From Patescibacteria group bacterium (GTDB lineage: Bacteria > Patescibacteriota > Kazan-3B-28): a stretch of 39,237 nt of DNA. The stretch's first letter is position 1. Each line of letters opens with the position of its first letter. The translations under genes were made by a program, and so were the position numbers. The stretch lies in assembly GCA_041649135.1 (NCBI GenBank), contig JBAZNQ010000002.1:1-39237 (forward strand), in the 5' to 3' direction. The notes beneath the pieces are model-generated. The model did no database searches, was not told the origin of the DNA, and was given only the letters and a program-made list of their open reading frames with translations. Shown here one piece after another: positions 31,782-39,237 of this stretch.

Positions 31782-32909
31782 TTAGTTTCTCAACGGCATC
31801 ACGATATACAGTCGGCCTTCACCGCCACTCGGTCTCAACACTCCGGGACTAGTTTTACCACCCAGCTCCATCACACATTTCACCGTGTCAAAACTATTTA
31901 ACCCGTCCAACACATATTTAGCATTAAAGGTGATCTCACTTGGCTCACCCGTAACTACGGCTGGGATCTTCGCCACAAAATTACCTAACTGGGAAGATTC
32001 TGAAGTTACCTCGATCTCACCTTCACCTCGGACATTTAGTTTTACACTATTAGACCCTTCCAAAGAAAAGATACTCGCCGTCTTTAAGGCATCGGCTAAT
32101 TCTTGAATCTCAAATTCCGCTGACAAAGTATGACCAGCTGGAATAATTTGCTTATACGGCGGATATTCACCCTCAATAATTCTAGAAACCAAACTCGCAT
32201 TAGAAAATCCGAACATCACTTGGTTATCACCCACCCTTAATTCCAATTCTTCACTCCCCCCAATAATCCGTCTTACTTCCTGTAAAGTGCGATTTGGAAC
32301 CACCACCCCAAATTCTTCTCCCAAATTAATATTCCGGATCACTTCCGCCAGTCGATAACTATCTGTTGCCGCCGCTGTCAATTTCCCCTCTTTCGACACC
32401 AAATAAACACCAGTTAAGATCGGACGTGATTCGTCTCGAGAGACCGCAAAATCAACTGCCGCCAAAATCTCATCTAATTCCTCACTTTTTATCTTTACCA
32501 CTTTTCCTCCTTCAACTTGAGGAATTTCTGGATAATCATCCGCCGGCATTCCATTAATATCTGCCTTTGTCTCCCCACAAACCACTTCCAAAATATTATT
32601 CTTCACCGTCAATGACACAGTATCGCCATGGAGATTATTCACTAAATTGATCAACGTCTTCCCCGGTACTGTAATTACTCCTTCTTTCTCCACCTTTCCC
32701 CCCAAAAAGAATCGCACTCCAATTTCCAGATCAGTTGCGACGATTTCCACTCCACTCTTATCTGCTTTTATTAAAACATTATTCAAAATCGGTAGAGTAC
32801 TTCTTGAGCTGACAATTCTCTCTACCCCACTTAATGCAGTCTTTAATTTATCTAAAACTAAAGAGATTTGGATATCCACACCTTTTATAGAAGATATAGT
32901 CTCATTCAT
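31782..32909 (-). CDS. dnaN: DNA polymerase III beta clamp
   Basis: STLPILNNVLI, ATDLEIG, SRDESRPILTGV, AATDSYRLAE, SRIIEGEYPPY and FNAKYVLDGL. The true start may be the GTG at 32879. Confidence 0.96.
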   Translation of the reverse strand: MNETISSIKGVDIQISLVLDKLKTALSGVERIVSSRSTLPILNNVLIKADKSGVEIVATDLEIGVRFFLGGKVEKEGVITVPGKTLINLVNNLHGDTVSLTVKNNILEVVCGETKADINGMPADDYPEIPQVEGGKVVKIKSEELDEILAAVDFAVSRDESRPILTGVYLVSKEGKLTAAATDSYRLAEVIRNINLGEEFGVVVPNRTLQEVRRIIGGSEELELRVGDNQVMFGFSNASLVSRIIEGEYPPYKQIIPAGHTLSAEFEIQELADALKTASIFSLEGSNSVKLNVRGEGEIEVTSESSQLGNFVAKIPAVVTGEPSEITFNAKYVLDGLNSFDTVKCVMELGGKTSPGVLRPSGGEGRLYIVMPLRN

Positions 32910-33070
32910 AAGATTAAAAAATTAGTAGTAAATATAGAGCGGTGATTAATGTGTGCTAACTTAATTTTACAGTCTGGAAGCGTCCCCCTCCAACTGCCGA
33001 TTGTGTTAAAAATGTTGACCAATAGTGGATAATCTGGGGATAACTTTTTACCCTCCAGATGTCCCCACCC
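32870..33070. promoter_or_regulatory. Probable oriC in the dnaA-dnaN intergenic region
   Basis: One-mismatch DnaA boxes at 32872-32880, 33024-33032 and 33035-33043, an AT-rich stretch with TAG repeats (32923-32937), and a change in strand C/G bias across this point. Confidence 0.7.
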
Positions 33071-34444
33071 CTAATCCACCGCGTATAATTTGTTTTTAAT
33101 TTGGGTAATTTCTTGGTGAATAATGTCGTTTTTTAAGATTTCTTCCTTAATTTTATTGTAGTCATGCATGATGGTTGTATGGTCTCGTCCTCCTAGTTCT
33201 CCCCCGATCTGCTTATACGGCATCTCCACCTCTTCTCGCAATAGATAAACCAAGATCTGACGCGGGACAACGATCTCCCGTGTTCTCTGCCGACCGGTCA
33301 GATCTTCCTTTTTGATATTAAAATGAACGATCACGGCTCGGATAATCTCGCTTGGGCGGACTACCCGCTTCCCCGGAGCGGTCAAAATACCTCCCATCAG
33401 GTTTTTTACATCATCTAACTCGGGGGTGGCATTATTCAGCTCGGCAAAGGCAAAGATCCGCGTGAGTGCTCCCTCCAGCTCGCGGACGTTATTAGTGATG
33501 GATTTTGCCAGATATTCTAAGATATCTCTGGCCAGCTCCCGTTTTTGCCCTTCCAGCTTGGACTGCAAGATCGCCAACCTAGTTTCATAAGAGGGGGTTG
33601 AAATATCAGCGATCATCCCCCATTCAAATCTGGAACGCAATCGATCTTCTAGTTGTGGGATGGCCTTGGGCGGCCGGTCTGATGTCAGCACGATTTGCTT
33701 ACCGGCAGTATGGAGTGCGTTAAACGTATGGAAAAACTCCTCTTGGGTCTGCTCCTTGCCGGCAATAAACTGAACATCGTCAATTAATAAACAATCGACC
33801 TTCCGGTACTTATCCTTAAATTCTTTAGTTTTCTGTCCTCGAATTGCTTCGATCATTTCATTAGTAAATCGCTCGGAAGTAACATACACCACTTTGGCTT
33901 TAGGGATCGTCTTAACTGTTTCATTTCCGATCGCCTGCAGTAAGTGAGTTTTTCCCAACCCTACTCCCCCATAAATAAACAGCGGGTTGTAGTTCATCCC
34001 CGGATTCTTCGCTACTGCTTCTGCCGCCGCGTAGCACAACTTACTATTTTCTCCGACGACAAAACTTTCAAAAGTAAATTTAGGATTTAAGCCTTCCCGG
34101 ACTACGTTTTCTGGTTCAAACAATTTTTTGTCAGTCGCCTCTAATGTTGGCAAGATCATCTTGGTTGGTTCTGGCGCAACTGGTTTTTTGCTTCCCACCA
34201 CATACTGCACCATAATTACTCTACCCAAATGTTTCACTAAACATTTGTGCATCTCTTTCTGATACTTTTTTTGTAACCAACTCTTTGTAAAGTCGTTTGG
34301 TACTCGAATTGTTACTACTCCCTTTTGGGTATCAATAGTCTCGAGCGAGGTATTTTTAAACCAAGTTTGAAAATTGGCGGGACTCATTCCCACCTCAATT
34401 TCTCCCAAAACTGTTTGCCACAATTTTTCTTGGTCGGTTAACAT
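33071..34444 (-). CDS. dnaA: Chromosomal replication initiator DnaA
   Basis: FESFVVG, YNPLFIYGGVGLGKTHL, LLIDDVQF, QEEFFHTFN, SDRPPK, RLRSRFEWG, NVRELEGAL and GGRDHTTIMH. Confidence 0.98.
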   Translation of the reverse strand: MLTDQEKLWQTVLGEIEVGMSPANFQTWFKNTSLETIDTQKGVVTIRVPNDFTKSWLQKKYQKEMHKCLVKHLGRVIMVQYVVGSKKPVAPEPTKMILPTLEATDKKLFEPENVVREGLNPKFTFESFVVGENSKLCYAAAEAVAKNPGMNYNPLFIYGGVGLGKTHLLQAIGNETVKTIPKAKVVYVTSERFTNEMIEAIRGQKTKEFKDKYRKVDCLLIDDVQFIAGKEQTQEEFFHTFNALHTAGKQIVLTSDRPPKAIPQLEDRLRSRFEWGMIADISTPSYETRLAILQSKLEGQKRELARDILEYLAKSITNNVRELEGALTRIFAFAELNNATPELDDVKNLMGGILTAPGKRVVRPSEIIRAVIVHFNIKKEDLTGRQRTREIVVPRQILVYLLREEVEMPYKQIGGELGGRDHTTIMHDYNKIKEEILKNDIIHQEITQIKNKLYAVD

Positions 34445-34487
34445 GCTCCCCTGTTTTTAGCCTCCTAGCAAAGTCAATTTACCAAAG

Positions 34488-34496
34488 TTATCCACA
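34488..34496 (+). promoter_or_regulatory. Perfect DnaA box upstream of dnaA
   Basis: TTATCCACA 43 nt from the dnaA start, the usual position for autoregulation. Confidence 0.8.
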
Positions 34497-34591
34497 TTTG
34501 TATACGCGAGGGAGACCAGAGAGCAGGGAAGAAAAAATAGAGACTTCCTCTCCGCCCTCGTCTCTCTACCCTTGTCTCTACTCTCTATAAA

Positions 34592-34621
34592 TTGACCTAT
34601 GAGAGAGGGGCAGAATATACT
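34592..34621 (+). promoter_or_regulatory. Sigma70 promoter for the rpmH operon
   Basis: TTGACC-N18-TATACT, 25 nt upstream of the rpmH ATG. Confidence 0.6.
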
Positions 34622-34646
34622 GGGTAAGTACTGATTTAATTACCTT

Positions 34647-34781
34647 ATGAAAAGAACCTACCAACCCAACAAGCGCAAGCGCCAGAAAACTCATGGTTTC
34701 CTGTCTCGGATGGCGACTACTGGTGGCCAGAAAGTGGTGAAACGCCGCCGACTTAAGGGTCGCAAGAAGTTAAGCGTCTAG
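34647..34781 (+). CDS. rpmH: 50S ribosomal protein L34 (below the ORF-track size cutoff)
   Basis: Translates to [44 protein letters not shown]. Confidence 0.98.
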   Translation: MKRTYQPNKRKRQKTHGFLSRMATTGGQKVVKRRRLKGRKKLSV

Positions 34782-34791
34782 GAGCTTCGCT

Positions 34792-35097
34792 ATGGTCTTA
34801 GCCGCCAACAACCTTCTAGATCGAGTCACTCGCCGTGGCACCAAGTTTAATCGACGCGGATTTGCTCTATATTACCTCAAGGTGCTCGATCCTCCTCGCC
34901 CCCGCATTGTTATCAGTCAAAAAATTGACAAACGTGCCGTTGTTCGCAACCGCCTTCGCCGTCAGATCAAAGCTATCTTGTCTGGAGCTGATCTGGGCCG
35001 GCGAGCAGTTGTTATAATTGTTCGCAAGGAGCTTCTAGCCCTCTCCTTTTCAGAACTCAAGACCGAACTTGGGCAGGTGCTCACCCAAATTCAATGA
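34792..35097 (+). CDS. rnpA: Ribonuclease P protein component
   Basis: PRIVISQKIDKRAVVRNRLRRQIK (RNR motif) and position between rpmH and yidD. Confidence 0.9.
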   Translation: MVLAANNLLDRVTRRGTKFNRRGFALYYLKVLDPPRPRIVISQKIDKRAVVRNRLRRQIKAILSGADLGRRAVVIIVRKELLALSFSELKTELGQVLTQIQ

Positions 35098-35363
35098 AGC
35101 AGTTATTGATTAATCTTATTGCTCTCTATCAAAAGACCCTCTCCCCCGACCATGGGTGGATAAGTGTTCGTAATCTTGGTGGCTATTGCCGATTCCAACC
35201 GACCTGTAGTGAATATGCCAAGCAGTCGATCGAGGAGTATGGAGTTATCAAAGGCAGTTTTCTGGCCATTGCTCGGATTAGCCGATGCCACCCCTGGGCT
35301 CCAGTTGGGTTAGACCCCGTCCCCGATAAATCCCAAGGCAGAGCAGTAGCGGTCAATGAATAG
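35094..35363 (+). CDS. yidD: Membrane protein insertion efficiency factor YidD
   Basis: YQKTLSPDHG, CRFQPTCSEYA and RISRCHPW. Confidence 0.95.
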   Translation: MKQLLINLIALYQKTLSPDHGWISVRNLGGYCRFQPTCSEYAKQSIEEYGVIKGSFLAIARISRCHPWAPVGLDPVPDKSQGRAVAVNE

Positions 35364-35448
35364 ACTAATTAAAAAATAATCGTAGTTCTGCCATTAGGCA
35401 GAACCTCCAAAACTTTTCACTCATCACTTTTAACTTTTCACTTCCCTC

Positions 35449-36219
35449 ATGAACACCCCTAAAATTACTGATGCCATGTGGAGCGGCTGGATGGGCAAAC
35501 TTCTTTACGTCCCGCTTTTAAATATTCTCATCCTGCTATATGTCTATATCCCCGGTCAGGACTTGGGGTTAGCTATTATTGCGATCACTCTTTTGATCCG
35601 CATATTCCTTCATCCTTCCTATCGCACGACTCTGAAGGCTCAACGGGATATGCAAAAAATCCAGCCCTACATTGATAAATTAAAAGTGGAGTTCAAAGAC
35701 GATCAAAAGCGTCAATCAGAAGAAATGATGAAGCTCTACAAAGAGCACAAGGTTAATCCTCTTGGGTCTTGTTTGCCGCTCATTATTCAACTACCGATCG
35801 TCTTCGCGCTTTACCGAGTTTTCATTGCTGGGTTAGACACTAGTAGTCTGGTTCATTTATACAGCTGGTTCCCCAACCCCCCAGAACAACTCCACACCAT
35901 TTTCTTAGCCTTTACCAATATTTCTAGCCTAGCCATCGACTTAACCACTCGGAATATCTATTTGGCTATTGCGGCCGGCTTAGCCCAACTGCTCCAAACC
36001 GTTGTGACCATGCGTCGGACTAGTGGTGCCGCCAAGAAACAATCTACCTTGATGATGGTTTTCCCAGTTGTTACCTTCGGCTTGGCACTAACTTTGCCAT
36101 CTGCTCTTAGTCTCTATTGGGCAGTTACCACTTTAATTATGACCTTGGAGCAACTCTGGGTATTTGCTATATTAGACCGTCAGGAGAAAAAAGTAATTGA
36201 GGAGACCCATCATGGTTAA
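35449..36219 (+). CDS. yidC: YidC/Oxa1 membrane protein insertase
   Basis: GLAIIAITLLIR, MQKIQPYI, KLYKEHKVNPLGSCLPLIIQLP and LSLYWAV. Confidence 0.95.
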   Translation: MNTPKITDAMWSGWMGKLLYVPLLNILILLYVYIPGQDLGLAIIAITLLIRIFLHPSYRTTLKAQRDMQKIQPYIDKLKVEFKDDQKRQSEEMMKLYKEHKVNPLGSCLPLIIQLPIVFALYRVFIAGLDTSSLVHLYSWFPNPPEQLHTIFLAFTNISSLAIDLTTRNIYLAIAAGLAQLLQTVVTMRRTSGAAKKQSTLMMVFPVVTFGLALTLPSALSLYWAVTTLIMTLEQLWVFAILDRQEKKVIEETHHG

Positions 36220-36682
36220 AGCCAACGCTGGATCAGGGATTGATGCCAAAGTTAAGGAGCACTTAAGTGCTATCTTCGCTTTCTTTGGACTTCAGCCAGA
36301 AATTAGTTTGACCACCAACGAGTCGGTTCTGATGATCGATATTACTACTGGTCAGGATGATTTATTTACTCATGGTACCGCCGATCCTCTTCTAGCTCTA
36401 CAACACCTACTCCGGATTATTGCTCGGCGCGAATTTCCCGACACTCCCATTACCCTGTCTCTTAATATCGGCGGGTTCCAACAACGACAACGTGCCCGTT
36501 TAGCAGAGATAGCCAAAGATGCCGTTAATCAGGCACTTGCCACCAAAATGGCAGCTCATTTACCACCCATGTCATCCTACGAACGTCGGCTGGTCCATCT
36601 CGCGCTTGTCGATGAAACCGGTGTCGTTGGCGAGAGTGAGGGTGAGGGCGAAGAGCGTAGAGTTGTAGTGAAGCCGATTTAA
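36212..36682 (+). CDS. jag: Jag/KhpB-like KH + R3H RNA-binding protein (no Jag_N domain)
   Basis: LLALQHLLR, LNIGGF..RQRARL and PPMSSYERRLVHLAL (R3H). The ATG at 36212 follows GAGGAG. Confidence 0.85.
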   Translation: MVKANAGSGIDAKVKEHLSAIFAFFGLQPEISLTTNESVLMIDITTGQDDLFTHGTADPLLALQHLLRIIARREFPDTPITLSLNIGGFQQRQRARLAEIAKDAVNQALATKMAAHLPPMSSYERRLVHLALVDETGVVGESEGEGEERRVVVKPI

Positions 36683-36768
36683 CTCGTCATCCCGTTAGTA
36701 ATTTAGAAACCGGTAGTCTTGGGAGACAATCAAGCAGCATGGAGCACCAAGCATAAATTTTTAACAGG

Positions 36769-37359
36769 ATGAATTGGAACAAATATTACCAAACCCCCCT
36801 AACCCTCGAAGGACTATTCAGTAACCTTCACGGCCAAAAAGAATTTTTGTCCGAGATTTTTAATTCCGGTGGCAAGCGACTGTTAGAAGTTGGTACTGGC
36901 AGTGGAGCAATGAGCATTTTTCTCTCATGGCTAGGTTTAGACATTACCGGTATCGATCTCGACCCCCAAGTCATCGCTAAAGCCAAAGTCGAATCAGCTC
37001 GATTCAACGGCAAAGCAGACTTTATGGTCGCCGATACTTTTCATCTCCCCTTCCCCGACAATTCTTTTGATGTTATCTTCCACCAAGGTTTACTTGAACA
37101 TTTTAGTGACGATGATATTCGTCGGATATTGGCCGAACAACTTCGCTGTGCCCCCACCGTGATCGTTTCAGTACCTAATCATTGGTACCCCAAAAAAGAT
37201 TACGGCAACGAACGTTTAATGAACCAAGCTCAATGGGAGGCAATCCTTGCCCCCTTCAAAGTGGAAAAAAGTTATTACTATTCCCTTAAACGGTTTCCTC
37301 GTCCTTGGCTCTGGCGCAAGCCCATCCAATACCTCGCCGTTATCACCCGCAAGGGATAA
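36769..37359 (+). CDS. Class I SAM-dependent methyltransferase
   Basis: LLEVGTGSG, GIDLD, ADTFHLPFPDNSFDVI and QGLLEHF. Confidence 0.9.
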   Translation: MNWNKYYQTPLTLEGLFSNLHGQKEFLSEIFNSGGKRLLEVGTGSGAMSIFLSWLGLDITGIDLDPQVIAKAKVESARFNGKADFMVADTFHLPFPDNSFDVIFHQGLLEHFSDDDIRRILAEQLRCAPTVIVSVPNHWYPKKDYGNERLMNQAQWEAILAPFKVEKSYYYSLKRFPRPWLWRKPIQYLAVITRKG

Positions 37360-37416
37360 TAACCAAATATCAAATAACAAGTACCCCAATATAAACAATT
37401 AGTCATTCAACTCCCG

Positions 37417-37461
37417 TTCTCTCTTCTCTCTTCTCTCTTCTCTATTCCCTACTCCCTACCC
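37417..37461 (+). repeat. Polypyrimidine heptamer tract upstream of the flippase ATG
   Basis: (TTCTCTC)x3 followed by CTATTCC/CTACTCC/CTACCC, directly before the ATG at 37462. Confidence 0.85.
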
Positions 37462-38877
37462 ATGAGCAACACTCGTAAAGTCGCTTACAACACCATTATT
37501 CAAATCATCGCTCGGGTTATCGTCACCCTAGTTTCTTTGGTTGCTCTAGCCTATACCGCTCGCTACCTCGGAGTAGTTGGCATGGGTCAATACAACTTGA
37601 TTTTTGCCTATCTTGGGCTCTTTGGTGTAATCCTGGATTTTGGTTTTTTCCTACTTCAAGTTCGCGAGATTACCAAAACCCCCGAGCGTACCCAGTATAT
37701 TATCGGCAATATCTTGGGACTGAAATTGGCATTGAGTCTGGTTGTTTTTACTAGTGCCTATTTGGTAGCAATTTTTATTTATCACGATCCTATCATTATC
37801 CTCGGTGTACTAATCGGGGTTGTCTCGCAAGCTTCTCTTAGTTATGCCCAAGTCCCCATCAGCCTCTTTCAGGCACGACTCCAGATGGATCGGGTAGCAT
37901 TGAGTAATGTTATCACTCGGCTGGCCTATGTCGGCCTAATTTTCTGGGCGATCAATGCGAATTTAGGTGTGATTGGTATCGTGATCGCCGCAACCGTGGC
38001 CAATGTTTTGGCGCTCATTATTCAAATGTTGCTGGCATGGGGTCAAGTCCCAATCTTACCCCAATGGGATCTTGGCTATTGGTGGAAATTCGTCAAAGAA
38101 GCCGCTCCACTTGGAGCGGCGGTAGTTTTAGCTACGGTTTATTTCCGAGTCGATTCCGTTATGCTCTCGCTCCTAAAGGGCAACTATGAAGTGGGAATCT
38201 ACACTACCCCTTACAAAATTGTAGAAGTCGTCTTAACTATACCAACCATCTTTATGAGCTCGGTTTTCCCCGTCCTAACCGCCGCCGTTCTCCACAGTCG
38301 TGAGGCAGTCGTTCGAGTTTTTCGAAAAGCTTTTGATTTTTCTATGTTGCTTGGTGTTCCGATCGTGATTGGGGCCACTATGATCGCTACCCCCCTTATG
38401 ACTGCGATTGCCGGCCCTGAATTTTCTGCGTCAGGACCAGTTTTGCAGATTATTATTTGGACTACTCTGCTATCTTTTATTGGCGCCGTCTTAACTTATA
38501 CCCTGATCGCCGCCGGAAAACAAATCCTACTAACCATTCCCTACATCATCGCCGCTGTTTTTAATATCGTTGCCAATCTGCTTGTCATCCCCCGATATTC
38601 TTACATCGGCGCTTCCTATATTACTGTCGCTACCGAACTAATTGTGACAGTCTACGCTGGAGTCTTGGTCTATCGGATTTTTAAACTTACCCCAGCGTGG
38701 CCAGTTTTAATTAAAGCCATTATTGCCAGCATCATTATGGCGGGCGTGATGTATTGGTTAGGTTCGGTTAATTTGATTATTAATATTGTAGTAGCAATGG
38801 TAGTTTATGGGGTGATGATCCTAATCCTGCGAGCCATTCCTCGCGAAGTTTTAAAGGAGTTAAAACTTGTTCGATGA
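37462..38877 (+). CDS. Wzx/MOP-family polysaccharide flippase
   Basis: RKVAYNT, ARYLGVVGMGQY, YFRVDSVMLS, EVGIY, NLLVIPRYSYIGAS and 12-14 TM helices. Confidence 0.92.
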   Translation: MSNTRKVAYNTIIQIIARVIVTLVSLVALAYTARYLGVVGMGQYNLIFAYLGLFGVILDFGFFLLQVREITKTPERTQYIIGNILGLKLALSLVVFTSAYLVAIFIYHDPIIILGVLIGVVSQASLSYAQVPISLFQARLQMDRVALSNVITRLAYVGLIFWAINANLGVIGIVIAATVANVLALIIQMLLAWGQVPILPQWDLGYWWKFVKEAAPLGAAVVLATVYFRVDSVMLSLLKGNYEVGIYTTPYKIVEVVLTIPTIFMSSVFPVLTAAVLHSREAVVRVFRKAFDFSMLLGVPIVIGATMIATPLMTAIAGPEFSASGPVLQIIIWTTLLSFIGAVLTYTLIAAGKQILLTIPYIIAAVFNIVANLLVIPRYSYIGASYITVATELIVTVYAGVLVYRIFKLTPAWPVLIKAIIASIIMAGVMYWLGSVNLIINIVVAMVVYGVMILILRAIPREVLKELKLVR

Positions 38878-39237
38878 AAATAGCAATTGATTTTCGAGAG
38901 GGGGCCAATCCTTTCCGGGCCGGTAAGGGTGAGTATGTGTATCAGCTGGTACAGGCGTGGTTCAACCAATATCCTGATGACGAAGTCATCTTATTAGTAG
39001 AAGCCGGGCAAACCCCATCTTTGTCATTTGGGAAGTGGCGTCTTAAAGTCGTTCCAGCCAAAGGGCTTTGGTGGCATCTTTGGGTCTGGTTGTGGTTGGA
39101 ATTCACTCGCCCAGTAAATGTTTATTTTTCCACTACTAGCTTAATCGTCCCTGCTCTAGTCCGTTCAGTAAAAACCGTGACTACTCTATTTGACTTTACA
39201 GTTTGGCGTTTTCCCACTACTCACTTTCCCAAGGCGG
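38874..39237 (+). CDS. Glycosyltransferase family 4 (partial, runs off the window end)
   Basis: MKIAIDFREG..RAGKGEYVYQLV...VTTLFDF, overlapping the flippase stop (ATGA). Confidence 0.8.
   Translation, partial: MKIAIDFREGANPFRAGKGEYVYQLVQAWFNQYPDDEVILLVEAGQTPSLSFGKWRLKVVPAKGLWWHLWVWLWLEFTRPVNVYFSTTSLIVPALVRSVKTVTTLFDFTVWRFPTTHFPKA

Noticed and set aside
2347-37398. Numerous 60-210 aa antisense or alternate-frame ORFs inside identified genes
   Set aside because: They are fully nested in confidently identified CDSs and have no motifs. This is expected from codon and strand bias.

Overview
Origin-proximal region of what looks like a reduced-genome Patescibacteria (CPR) chromosome. The taxon is inferred from a short PolA and ValS, a CPR-type VirB4/PrgI/VirB6 locus, DUF11 surface proteins and the repeat types. 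Left to right: (1) a ~800-nt ORF-free, hairpin-dense region with 5'/3' closing helices downstream of tRNA-Ser(GCT), a candidate large structured ncRNA that I cannot assign to a family; (2) tRNA-Ser, tRNA-Arg with a tandem pseudo-copy, and tRNA-Ser; (3) a divergent locus with a T4SS-like operon (VirB6-like, PrgI, split VirB4), a TSP3/DUF11 surface protein and a PilB/GspE ATPase, but no relaxase, coupling protein or integrase; (4) housekeeping genes valS, tsaD, FemABX, murE, SIMPL, polA, CYTH, mutM, recF, dnaN, dnaA, rpmH, rnpA, yidD, yidC and jag; (5) the start of a surface-polysaccharide cluster. The window also carries several short repeat families: ~30-bp palindromes that nest inside each other, GTCA-tagged palindromes, heptamer arrays, a ~210-bp structured element and polypyrimidine tracts. 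Several of these sit in frame inside mutM, valS, tsaD and recF. No enzyme that could mobilise them is encoded here. All calls come from reading motifs by eye, no searches were run, and repeat boundaries may be off by a few bases.
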